Source: an uncultured Oscillospiraceae bacterium
Lineage (GTDB): Bacteria > Bacillota > Clostridia > Oscillospirales > Oscillospiraceae
Assembly (NCBI GenBank): GCA_964544345.1
Contig: CAZJBT010000002.1
Coordinates: 1-43,300, forward strand
Length of the DNA: 43,300 nucleotides
Direction of reading: 5' to 3'
Part shown: one piece after another, positions 7,301-14,807 of the stretch
How the letters are laid out: the number at the start of each line of letters is the position of its first letter
Numbering within the stretch: the stretch's first letter is position 1
Translations under genes and position numbers: made by a program
Notes under the pieces: model-generated
Databases searched by the model: none
What the model was told of the DNA's origin: nothing
The model's input: the letters and a program-made list of their open reading frames with translations, nothing else

Positions 7301-8995
7301 ATGTTTTACATCAAACCGTCTTGTTCGGGGTGCCATACCTGCGAGCTGGCCTGCCCGATGGGCGCGATCGCCTACGATGGGCCGCAGTACCAGATCGACC
7401 CGGATCGATGCGTCCAGTGCGGGCTGTGCGAAACGCTCTGCCCGACCTGCTCGATCGTGAGCGATGAGGAAAACCCGGCTGCCCCGCACGAGCGCATCGT
7501 CAAAACATGCGACCTGGTCGTCTGCGGCGGCGGCACGGGGCTGATCGCGGCCATCCGCGCGGCGCAGCTTGGCCTGAAGGTCGTTCTGCTGGAAAAAGCG
7601 AAGCGCTGCGGCGGCAACACCGATCTCGCGCACGGCTTTTTCCCGATCTATTCCAAGCTGCACGAGGAGGCGGGCGCCGAGGACGTCCGCGAGGAGGCCG
7701 TCTCGGTTCTCTCCGCGCGCACGGACGGCGTGATCGGCGAGGACATCCTGCGCACCGCGGTCTACGGCTGCTCGGAATTTTTTGATTGGCTGCTCGAATT
7801 CCCGGAGACGAGAAAGCGGTTCACCATTGAGCTGTTTGGCGAAAAGCGTCAGCAAGGCCCGATCTATGGCCCGGCCGTCGTCGGGTTTCCGAAGCGCATT
7901 GAGAACGCGCGCAGTCTCGATCCGTCCATTGGCCCCGGCTGGGCCGGCACGTTTATCAAAAACACCATGCTGCAGGCCATCCCCAGCCAGAAGCTGGATG
8001 TGGAGATCCTGCTCGAGCACGAGGCGAAGCACCTTTTGACCGACGAGACCGGCCGCGTCTGCGGCGTCGTCTCGCTCGACCCGGGCGGCGAGACGGAGGT
8101 GCGCGCCCGCGCGGTCGTGCTGGCCACCGGCGGCTTCGGCAGCTCGGATGGGAAGCTCCAGCGCTACGGCGGCTTTTTCGATGTGGAGCGCCCTGTGACG
8201 CGCTTCTCCGTTCCGTCGGACACCGGCGACGCGATCGACATGCTCCGGGAGCTGGGGGTGGAGCCGAACGAGGAGCGGATGTTCATTTCGCTCTTTGGCC
8301 CGGCGCATCACCCGTATTCGTACAGTCTCTACCGCGCGCTCGAGCATCCGTCCAACCTGTCGGTCAATCTGAACGGCGAGCGCTGGCAGAACGAGATGGG
8401 CGGCCTGGGCGAGGGGCGGTTCCACATTGCAGGCAGCCCGAGGGAGGTCGCCTGGGGCATCTTCACGCAGGACAACCTTGACGAGATCTTCCGTGAATTT
8501 CTGTCCGATCCGACGCTGTCGGACGAATATGACTGCTATGAGCGCTATCAGGAGGATCTCGACCGCGAGGCCGCCTACAAAAAGCCGCCGGTCTGCAAGG
8601 CCGACACGCTGTCTGAGCTGGCGAAGAAGATCGGCGCGCCGCCTGCGGCGCTCGAACACACCGTGGCCGAATATAACCGCTTCTGCCGCGAGGGGCGCGA
8701 CGCACAGTTCGGCAAGGACGCGGCCTACCTTCGCCCGCGCGCGCACGGCCCGTACTACGCCATCTACGGCCAGCGCTTCTCCGAGTGTGCCATGGGCGGC
8801 CTGATGGTCAACGACCGCTGCGAGGTACTCGATTCCGCCGGCGCGCCGATCCCGGGCCTGTACGGCGCGGGCGACGCGACGAGCGCGATGCATCGCCGCA
8901 GCGCTCTGGCGCCGGTGTCCGAGCTGACGTGGGCGGTGGCGTCGAGCTTCCGCTGCGCCGAGAATGCCGCGCGGGCGATGGAGGCGGAAGGATGA
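7301..8995 (+). CDS. 2x[4Fe-4S] ferredoxin domain fused to a FAD_binding_2 flavoprotein reductase
   Basis: The N-terminus holds two CxxCxxCxxxCP motifs (CSGCHTCELACP, CVQCGLCETLCP). These are followed by DLVVCGGGTGLIAA...LEKA..CGG and the C-terminal IPGLYGAGD block. Confidence 0.85.
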   Translation: MFYIKPSCSGCHTCELACPMGAIAYDGPQYQIDPDRCVQCGLCETLCPTCSIVSDEENPAAPHERIVKTCDLVVCGGGTGLIAAIRAAQLGLKVVLLEKAKRCGGNTDLAHGFFPIYSKLHEEAGAEDVREEAVSVLSARTDGVIGEDILRTAVYGCSEFFDWLLEFPETRKRFTIELFGEKRQQGPIYGPAVVGFPKRIENARSLDPSIGPGWAGTFIKNTMLQAIPSQKLDVEILLEHEAKHLLTDETGRVCGVVSLDPGGETEVRARAVVLATGGFGSSDGKLQRYGGFFDVERPVTRFSVPSDTGDAIDMLRELGVEPNEERMFISLFGPAHHPYSYSLYRALEHPSNLSVNLNGERWQNEMGGLGEGRFHIAGSPREVAWGIFTQDNLDEIFREFLSDPTLSDEYDCYERYQEDLDREAAYKKPPVCKADTLSELAKKIGAPPAALEHTVAEYNRFCREGRDAQFGKDAAYLRPRAHGPYYAIYGQRFSECAMGGLMVNDRCEVLDSAGAPIPGLYGAGDATSAMHRRSALAPVSELTWAVASSFRCAENAARAMEAEG

Positions 8996-10320
8996 AGCGG
9001 CGGCTCGACCTTTCGCCGCATAAGACGCCGATGGCGGAGCAAAGCCCCGCGCAGCGCGTCCGCAATCAGGAGGAGGTCGCGCTCGGCTATACCGAGGCGG
9101 AGGCGCGCGCCGAGGCTGAGCGCTGTCTGGACTGCCCTGACCGCTGGTGTGTCGATGGCTGCCCGGCACACAACAGGATCCCTGAATTCATCGCGAAGCT
9201 CCGCGAGGGCGACTTCGCTGCGGCCTATGCGCTGCTGCGCCGCACCAACCAGATGCCGGGTGTGACCAGCCGCGTGTGCGCGTGCGAAGAGCAGTGCGAA
9301 CGCCGCTGCACGCGCGCCATCCGCTCCGAGCAGGTCGCCATCGGCGCGCTGGAGCGCTTTGTGGCCGACTGGGCGCATGCGCATGGGCTTGACCGCGAGC
9401 TGCCGCCGGTTCTGCACCTGCGCGCGGTCGCCGTCGTCGGCGCAGGCCCTGCGGGCATGACCTGTGCCTGTTCGTTGGCCAAGGCCGGCTTTCAGGTCAC
9501 GATCTTTGAACAGGGAGAGCTGCTCGGCGGCATTCCCGCCTATGTGATCCCGCCGTTCGTGCTGCCGGGCGAGGTGGTCAGCGACGTGGTCGGCCAGCTC
9601 GAGCAGCTCGGCGTGGAGCTTCGCACTGGCTGCACGCTGGGCAAGAACCTGGCGCTCGGCTCGCTGCGCGAGGATTTCGACGCTGTTTTTCTCGCCGTGG
9701 GCGCCGCCGCGTCGCGTGCGCTGAACGTCCCGGGCGAGACGCTGCCGGGCGTGCATCAGGCGATGCACTACCTGATCGACGAGGATCGCACGCGCGCCCG
9801 GCGCGTCGCCGTCATCGGCGGGGGAAATACCGCGCTCGACGCCGCGCGCACGGCCGTGCGCATGGGCGCGGAGCGCGTGACGGTCGTCTACCGCCGCACC
9901 CGCGGCGATATGCCCGCCGGCCGCCGGCAGCGCGCGCTTGCAGAGGACGAGGGCGTCCGGTTTGAATTTCTCGCGTCTCCATGCCGCATCACGGCCGCGG
10001 ACGGCGCGCTGTGCGTGGAGCTGATGCGGATGCGGCCAGACCGGCCCGAATATCCCGGCGGCCGCTGGATGGTCGCGCCGGCCGGGCAGACGTTCCCGCT
10101 CACAGCGGATCTCGTCATTGCGGCGACCGGCTTCACCAGCGCGCCGGTGGCCGGCGTTGCACTGCGTGAAAACGGCTGCATCGCAGTCGACGAGCACTAC
10201 CGGACGAGCCTGCCCGGCGTCTGGGCGGGCGGCGACGCCGTGACCGGCATGCGAACCGTCGCCGCCGCCGTCAACGCGGGCCGCGCGGCCGCGGTGGAGA
10301 TCTTCTCCGCCCTGTCCTGA
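8992..10320 (+). CDS. GltD / NfnB / SudA-like NAD(P)H-dependent iron-sulfur flavoprotein (glutamate synthase small-subunit family)
   Basis: N-terminal Cys clusters (CLDCPDRWCVDGCP, RVCACEEQCERRC) and two Rossmann motifs (VVGAGPAGM, VIGGGNTALD). The ATG overlaps the stop of the upstream gene (ATGA). Confidence 0.85.
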   Translation: MKRRLDLSPHKTPMAEQSPAQRVRNQEEVALGYTEAEARAEAERCLDCPDRWCVDGCPAHNRIPEFIAKLREGDFAAAYALLRRTNQMPGVTSRVCACEEQCERRCTRAIRSEQVAIGALERFVADWAHAHGLDRELPPVLHLRAVAVVGAGPAGMTCACSLAKAGFQVTIFEQGELLGGIPAYVIPPFVLPGEVVSDVVGQLEQLGVELRTGCTLGKNLALGSLREDFDAVFLAVGAAASRALNVPGETLPGVHQAMHYLIDEDRTRARRVAVIGGGNTALDAARTAVRMGAERVTVVYRRTRGDMPAGRRQRALAEDEGVRFEFLASPCRITAADGALCVELMRMRPDRPEYPGGRWMVAPAGQTFPLTADLVIAATGFTSAPVAGVALRENGCIAVDEHYRTSLPGVWAGGDAVTGMRTVAAAVNAGRAAAVEIFSALS

Positions 10321-10354
10321 TCGTCCCGCGGGGCGAGCCTCTAATCCCGACTGT

Positions 10355-10385
10355 CCGCCGCCCTTCCTGAGCGGCGGGCTTTTTG
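10355..10385 (+). terminator. Intrinsic terminator
   Basis: ccgccgc / gcggcgg stem followed by gcTTTTT. Confidence 0.6.
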
Positions 10386-10397
10386 CCGCCTGCGAGG

Positions 10398-10426
10398 TTG
10401 ACAGACCGCGCGGCACATGAGATAAT
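10398..10426 (+). promoter_or_regulatory. Sigma-A type promoter TTGACA-17-GATAAT (with an upstream TG)
   Basis: Consensus -35 with exact 17-nt spacing and a TGaGATAAT -10, about 50 nt upstream of ATG 10476. Confidence 0.6.
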
Positions 10427-10475
10427 TTGTATACGAACTGCGGCGCCTGTAAGCCGCTGCCTGGGAGGGTTCCAT

Positions 10476-12416
10476 ATGTCAACGTCGTATCCCAATCTGC
10501 TCGCGCCGTACCGTATCGGCGGGAAGCTGTATAAAAACCGCATCCTGATGGGGCCGTTCACGCCGCCCGGCGCGGGTGTGGGCTGCCCGAACGCGATGGG
10601 GATGGCCTGGTTCGAGACGCGCGCGCGCGGCGGCGCGGCGCAGATCACGGTCGGCGAGACGTCGGTCGACCCCGTGGTCGGCGACCGCAAGCAGGGCGGT
10701 ACGGTCAACATCCACTCGGCCAATATGGACGACCGGATCGCCAACCGCGAGCTGACGCTGGCCATCGCCCGGCACGGTGCGCTTGCCGCCATCGAGCTGG
10801 CGCACATCGGGCTGTGGAACGACCCGTGCTGCATCGCCGGCGGCGCGGATCCGATCGGCCCGTCCGAGTGGGTGCGGCCCGACGGCGTCCATGTGCGCGA
10901 GATGACGGAGGAGCAGATCGACGCGGTCTGCGAGCAATACGCGGCCGCGGCGGAGCGGGCGCGCGATCTCGGCTTTGACGTCGCGGTGATCCATGGCGGC
11001 CACGGCTGGCTCCAGGCGCAGTTCCTCTCGCCGCTGTTCAACCGCCGCGTCGACCGCTTCGGCGGCAGTCTGGAAAACCGCGCGCGCCTTTCGCGGATGA
11101 TCCTGGATCGCATTCGCGCGCGTGTGGGCGATTCGATCCTGCTCGAGTACCGCCTCTCCGGCGACGAGCTGGCTGCAGGCGGCTTCCATATCGACGAAAT
11201 GGTCGAATTCTCGCGCATGATCGAAGACCGGGTCGACCTGCTCCACGTCTCCGCCGGGCAGTATCAGGATCCCGTGCGCACGCGCACGTTCCCGTCGATC
11301 TACGAGCCGCACGGCTGCAACCGCGGCCTGTCGCGCCGCATCAAGGACGCGGTCAAAACGCCGGTCGCCGTCGTTGGCGCGATCACCGATCCAGAGACGG
11401 CAGAGGACATCCTATCTTCCGGAGACGCCGACTTCGTCGTGATGGTCAAACAGCTCATCGCAGACCCGGACTACCCGCGCAAGCTGCTCGAGGGACGGCG
11501 CGATGAGATCCGCCCCTGCATCCGCTGCTACGCGTGCATGACGGGCTTCCCGGAGCTGCCGCCGAACCTGCTCTGCTCGGTCAACCCGATGGCGACGCGC
11601 GAGCATCTCGCACCCGGCGTCCGTCCGCGCGGCGGGCGGCGCCGTGTGCTGGTCGTCGGCGGCGGCATTGCGGGCATGCAGGCCGCAGCGACCGCGGCGC
11701 TCTGCGGTCACGATGTGACGATAGCGGAGCGTTCGGATCGTCTCGGCGGCACGCTGAATTTCACTGACTTCGACCCGGTCAAGGCCGACGTGCGCCGGCT
11801 GAAAAATCAGCTCGCCGACATGGTGGAAAAGCGCGGCGTCCGCGTCCTGCTGAACACGGACGTGACGCCGGAGCTTGTGCGCGAGCTTGCGCCCGACCGG
11901 CTCATCGCCGCAGTCGGCGCACAGCCGATCGTTCCGCCGATCCCGGGCGCCGCGCGCGCCGTGCCGGCCGTGGAGGTCTACGGCCACGCGGAGGAATACG
12001 CGGGCAAGCGCGTCGTCATCATCGGCGGCGGCATGGTGGGCTGCGAGACGGGCGTGTACCTGGCAGACGCCGGCGCGTCCGTCGTCGTGCTCGAGATGGG
12101 CGACACCATCGCGGCCGAGTGCGTCGGCATGCCGCGCATCGCGCTGCTCGACCGGCTGGACGCCGTGTTGACGTATCACACCGGCTGCGCCTGCACCGCG
12201 GTGACGGAGGGCGGCGTCACAGCCCGCTGCGCGGACGGCGAGCGGCTGTTTGCCGCCGACCGCGTTGTGCTCGCAGCGGGTCTGTGTCCGAACCGCGAGC
12301 CGGCCGATGCGCTGACCGCCGCAGTCCTCGGCGCCGTCGCCGTCGGCGACTGCGTGAAGCCCGGCAGGATCCGGGAGGCGATCTCCGGCGCCGTGTTCGC
12401 CGCGCTGGATCTGTAA
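10476..12416 (+). CDS. 2,4-dienoyl-CoA-reductase / OYE-like flavoprotein (canonical paralogue 2)
   Basis: N-terminus LLAPYRIGG.LYKNRI, active-site block VIHGGHGWLQAQFLSP, RVDRFGGSLENR, CIRCYAC...C cluster, VVGGGIAGM and IIGGGMVGCE Rossmann motifs. A GGGAGGG RBS lies upstream. Confidence 0.88.
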   Translation: MSTSYPNLLAPYRIGGKLYKNRILMGPFTPPGAGVGCPNAMGMAWFETRARGGAAQITVGETSVDPVVGDRKQGGTVNIHSANMDDRIANRELTLAIARHGALAAIELAHIGLWNDPCCIAGGADPIGPSEWVRPDGVHVREMTEEQIDAVCEQYAAAAERARDLGFDVAVIHGGHGWLQAQFLSPLFNRRVDRFGGSLENRARLSRMILDRIRARVGDSILLEYRLSGDELAAGGFHIDEMVEFSRMIEDRVDLLHVSAGQYQDPVRTRTFPSIYEPHGCNRGLSRRIKDAVKTPVAVVGAITDPETAEDILSSGDADFVVMVKQLIADPDYPRKLLEGRRDEIRPCIRCYACMTGFPELPPNLLCSVNPMATREHLAPGVRPRGGRRRVLVVGGGIAGMQAAATAALCGHDVTIAERSDRLGGTLNFTDFDPVKADVRRLKNQLADMVEKRGVRVLLNTDVTPELVRELAPDRLIAAVGAQPIVPPIPGAARAVPAVEVYGHAEEYAGKRVVIIGGGMVGCETGVYLADAGASVVVLEMGDTIAAECVGMPRIALLDRLDAVLTYHTGCACTAVTEGGVTARCADGERLFAADRVVLAAGLCPNREPADALTAAVLGAVAVGDCVKPGRIREAISGAVFAALDL

Positions 12417-12455
12417 TGCCGCAGGCTCGCGCAGCGCCTGAGGCCGCCGCAGCCG

Positions 12456-12478
12456 AAAAAAGCCGCCGCAACCGGCGG
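12456..12478 (-). terminator. Small hairpin with its T-run on the minus strand only
   Basis: AAAAAA-g-ccgccg caac cggcgg. It reads as a terminator only for leftward transcription, although both neighbouring genes are on the plus strand. Confidence 0.3.
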
Positions 12479-12580
12479 TTGACACAGTTGACGAGCCGAC
12501 TTGGTGGCGCGCACCCGCCCGATCTGCTATACTGAGCGCATCCCAGGCGGCTCTGCCGCCGGATATATGAGGTGAACACG

Positions 12581-13573
12581 ATGATTTTGGCGGAAAAGCT
12601 CGTTGAACTGAGGAAACAGGCCGGCTGGTCGCAGGAGGAGCTGGCCGACCGGCTGGGCGTGACGCGGCAGTCGGTGTCGAAGTGGGAAAGCGCGCAGTCC
12701 GTGCCCGACCTCGACCGCATTCTGAAGCTGGCAAGGCTGTTCGGCGTCAGCACGGACTGCCTACTCCGCGATGAGCTGACCCTGTCGGAGACAGAGCTGC
12801 CCGCAGCCGATGACGGCGGCGGCACAGTGCGCTGTGTGTCGATGGAGGAGGCGTGCGAGTTCCTCGCCGTCAAGGCGCTCACGGCGCGGCGCATTGCGCT
12901 TGCAGCGTTTTTGTGCATCCTCTCGCCGGTCTGCCTGATCGTGCTCGGCGTGGCGGGCGAGCTGGGGCGCATCCCGCTGTCGGAGGACGCCGCGTGCGGT
13001 CTCGGCATGATCGTACTGCTTGTGCTCGTCGCGGCCGCCGTCGCGCTCTTTGTCACCTGCGGCATGAAAACGGAGAAGTTCCAGTATCTCGAGCGGGAGC
13101 TGATCAAGACGGCCTACGGCGTGACCGGCATGGTGCGCCAGCGGCAGGAGCAATACCGCCCGATCTACACGAAATACAATGTGATCGGTGTGTGCTGCTG
13201 CATTCTGGCGGTCATGCCGCTGTTCACGGGGCTGTTTTTCCCGGAGGACGCCCTGCGCTACGCCGCGCTGACCGGCCTGCTGCTCGCGCTTGTCGGCGTG
13301 GGCGTATACTTCTTTATCGTCGCGGGCGTCAACTGGGCAAGCATGCAGAAGCTGCTCGAGGAGGGCGAGTATTCCCGCGCCGTCAAACGCGCGAGCCGTA
13401 CCCGCAGTGTGGTCTCGTCGGTGTATTGGCTGCTCGCCACGGCCATCTACCTGGCATGGAGCTTTACCACCAACGGCTGGGAGCGCACCTGGATCATCTG
13501 GCCGATCGCCGGCGTTCTGTTTGCCGCGCTCATGGTCGTCTGCAACGCCCTGGGCGGCAGGGAGGACGGGTAG
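12581..13573 (+). CDS. XRE-family HTH regulator fused to a multi-pass membrane domain
   Basis: The N-terminal HTH_3 domain (LRKQAGWSQEELADRLGVTRQSVSKWES) is followed by several hydrophobic helices. The start is set at ATG 12581 behind a GAGGTG RBS. A TGcTATACT extended -10 lies at 12525-12533. Confidence 0.8.
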   Translation: MILAEKLVELRKQAGWSQEELADRLGVTRQSVSKWESAQSVPDLDRILKLARLFGVSTDCLLRDELTLSETELPAADDGGGTVRCVSMEEACEFLAVKALTARRIALAAFLCILSPVCLIVLGVAGELGRIPLSEDAACGLGMIVLLVLVAAAVALFVTCGMKTEKFQYLERELIKTAYGVTGMVRQRQEQYRPIYTKYNVIGVCCCILAVMPLFTGLFFPEDALRYAALTGLLLALVGVGVYFFIVAGVNWASMQKLLEEGEYSRAVKRASRTRSVVSSVYWLLATAIYLAWSFTTNGWERTWIIWPIAGVLFAALMVVCNALGGREDG

Positions 13574-13605
13574 GAGACCGGATATGCGCAAAGGCTCCCG
13601 CAGCC

Positions 13606-13651
13606 AAAAAAAGCCCCCGATCCAGGCGATCAGCCCGGATCGGGGGTTTTT
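13606..13651. terminator. Bidirectional intrinsic terminator between convergent genes
   Basis: A7-cccccgatcc ... ggatcggggg-T5. Confidence 0.8.
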
Positions 13652-13724
13652 GATCCGAAAAAGGGTTCTGCAAGATCGTGCGGCGCGCCATGCGAAGCAG
13701 GGCAAGGCCGATGCGCGTTCCGGA

Positions 13725-14696
13725 TTACAGATGCAGCAACCGTTCGATGTTGCCGTGCCCGATCTTCTCGCGCGCTTCGTCCGTGAGGGTCAGCTCGGCC
13801 ATGGACGCAATGGCGGGCGCCAATTCGCCTGCGGTCGGCAGCGGGAAGTCGGTGCCGAACAGGACGTGATCGTCGCCATAGAAGTCGATGCACGCGCGGA
13901 TCTGCGGCGCGCAGCTTCCGTAGAATGCGGTGTCGGCGTAGAAATTCTTGAGCTGGTCATAGTGTCGGTAGGGAACGGTGTGATCCGGCTCCGGCGTGGC
14001 CGGGTCGTAGGGGTGGCCGTGCTGGCCGATATCATGGAAGTACTGCGCCTTGAGCCGCGTGTGGAAGAACGGGACGTAGGCGCCGCCGTGGTGGACGATG
14101 ACCTTGAGCTTCGGCAGCTCGTCGAACACGCCGTTGTTCACGATGTGCACCATCGCGTCGGCGGTGTCGGCGAGCATCTCCCAACCGCCGGAGTCCGGCA
14201 TCAGCGGGCGGCTCGACGAGGCCGGCCACGGGTGCAGCCAGACCGGCAGGTCGTGCTCAGCCAGCAGGCGCAGCAGCGGGCGCATCTCGGGCGAGCCTGG
14301 CTCGCTGCCGTGGAAGTTGCACGGCAGCAGGATGCCCTTCATGCCGAGCTTGGTGATGCAGCGCTCGGCCTCGGCGAGCGTGTTGTCCATGTTGCCGAGC
14401 GGCAGCGCGGCGGCGCAGGCGCTGAGCAGGTCGGGGTATTTGGCCTGCAGCGCGGCCATCTCGTCGTTGTACACATGCGCCAGCTCAAGCAGCGTGTCAT
14501 CCGGCAGGTCGCGGTCGAGCGGGAGCTGCATCGGCGTGGCGACGCTGCGCACATCGCCGAGCGGCGCGAGAAATTCACGCCGCGCCTCCATATCGCACAG
14601 GTACGGTGGAACGAATTTGTGGTCGGGGATCCCAAGCCCCAACAGCGCGTCGCAGTAGCGCTGCGGCATTGCGTGGGCGTAAGCGTCGATCAGCAT
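13725..14696 (-). CDS. Amidohydrolase-2 (ACMSD / LigW-type non-oxidative decarboxylase or hydrolase) family protein
   Basis: N-terminal IDAYAHA (the family motif is ID-x-H-x-H), HHGG in the middle and GTDFP near the C-terminus. The start is set at ATG 14696 behind an AGGAGGA RBS. Confidence 0.75.
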   Translation of the reverse strand: MLIDAYAHAMPQRYCDALLGLGIPDHKFVPPYLCDMEARREFLAPLGDVRSVATPMQLPLDRDLPDDTLLELAHVYNDEMAALQAKYPDLLSACAAALPLGNMDNTLAEAERCITKLGMKGILLPCNFHGSEPGSPEMRPLLRLLAEHDLPVWLHPWPASSSRPLMPDSGGWEMLADTADAMVHIVNNGVFDELPKLKVIVHHGGAYVPFFHTRLKAQYFHDIGQHGHPYDPATPEPDHTVPYRHYDQLKNFYADTAFYGSCAPQIRACIDFYGDDHVLFGTDFPLPTAGELAPAIASMAELTLTDEAREKIGHGNIERLLHL

Positions 14697-14759
14697 GGCA
14701 GATGTCCTCCTCGATTTCTTTTCTCTCAGCATATCATGGAATGGCCGGCCGGAGTCATG

Positions 14760-14801
14760 CAAAACGCACGCGGATCCATGCTTGTTTCGCATGGATCCGC
14801 G
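14760..14801 (-). terminator. Intrinsic terminator after the flavoprotein gene 14808-16430
   Basis: 13-bp stem cgcggatccatgc / gcatggatccgcg followed on the minus strand by GTTTTG. Confidence 0.6.
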
Positions 14802-14807
14802 CAGGGT

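Noticed and set aside
5744-8995. Annotating the FAD_binding_2 proteins as respiratory fumarate reductase / succinate dehydrogenase flavoprotein subunits
   Set aside because: No FrdB/SdhB iron-sulfur subunit or membrane-anchor genes are adjacent. The proteins are shorter than FrdA/SdhA and resemble the soluble single-subunit reductase/KstD branch. The substrate cannot be assigned from sequence alone.
5501-9169. 1222-aa ORF on the minus strand opposite the two FAD flavoprotein genes. The same applies to 8764-10482 and 10271-11312 on the minus strand.
   Set aside because: These are shadow frames of well-supported plus-strand genes, with Arg/Ala-rich composition and no motifs.
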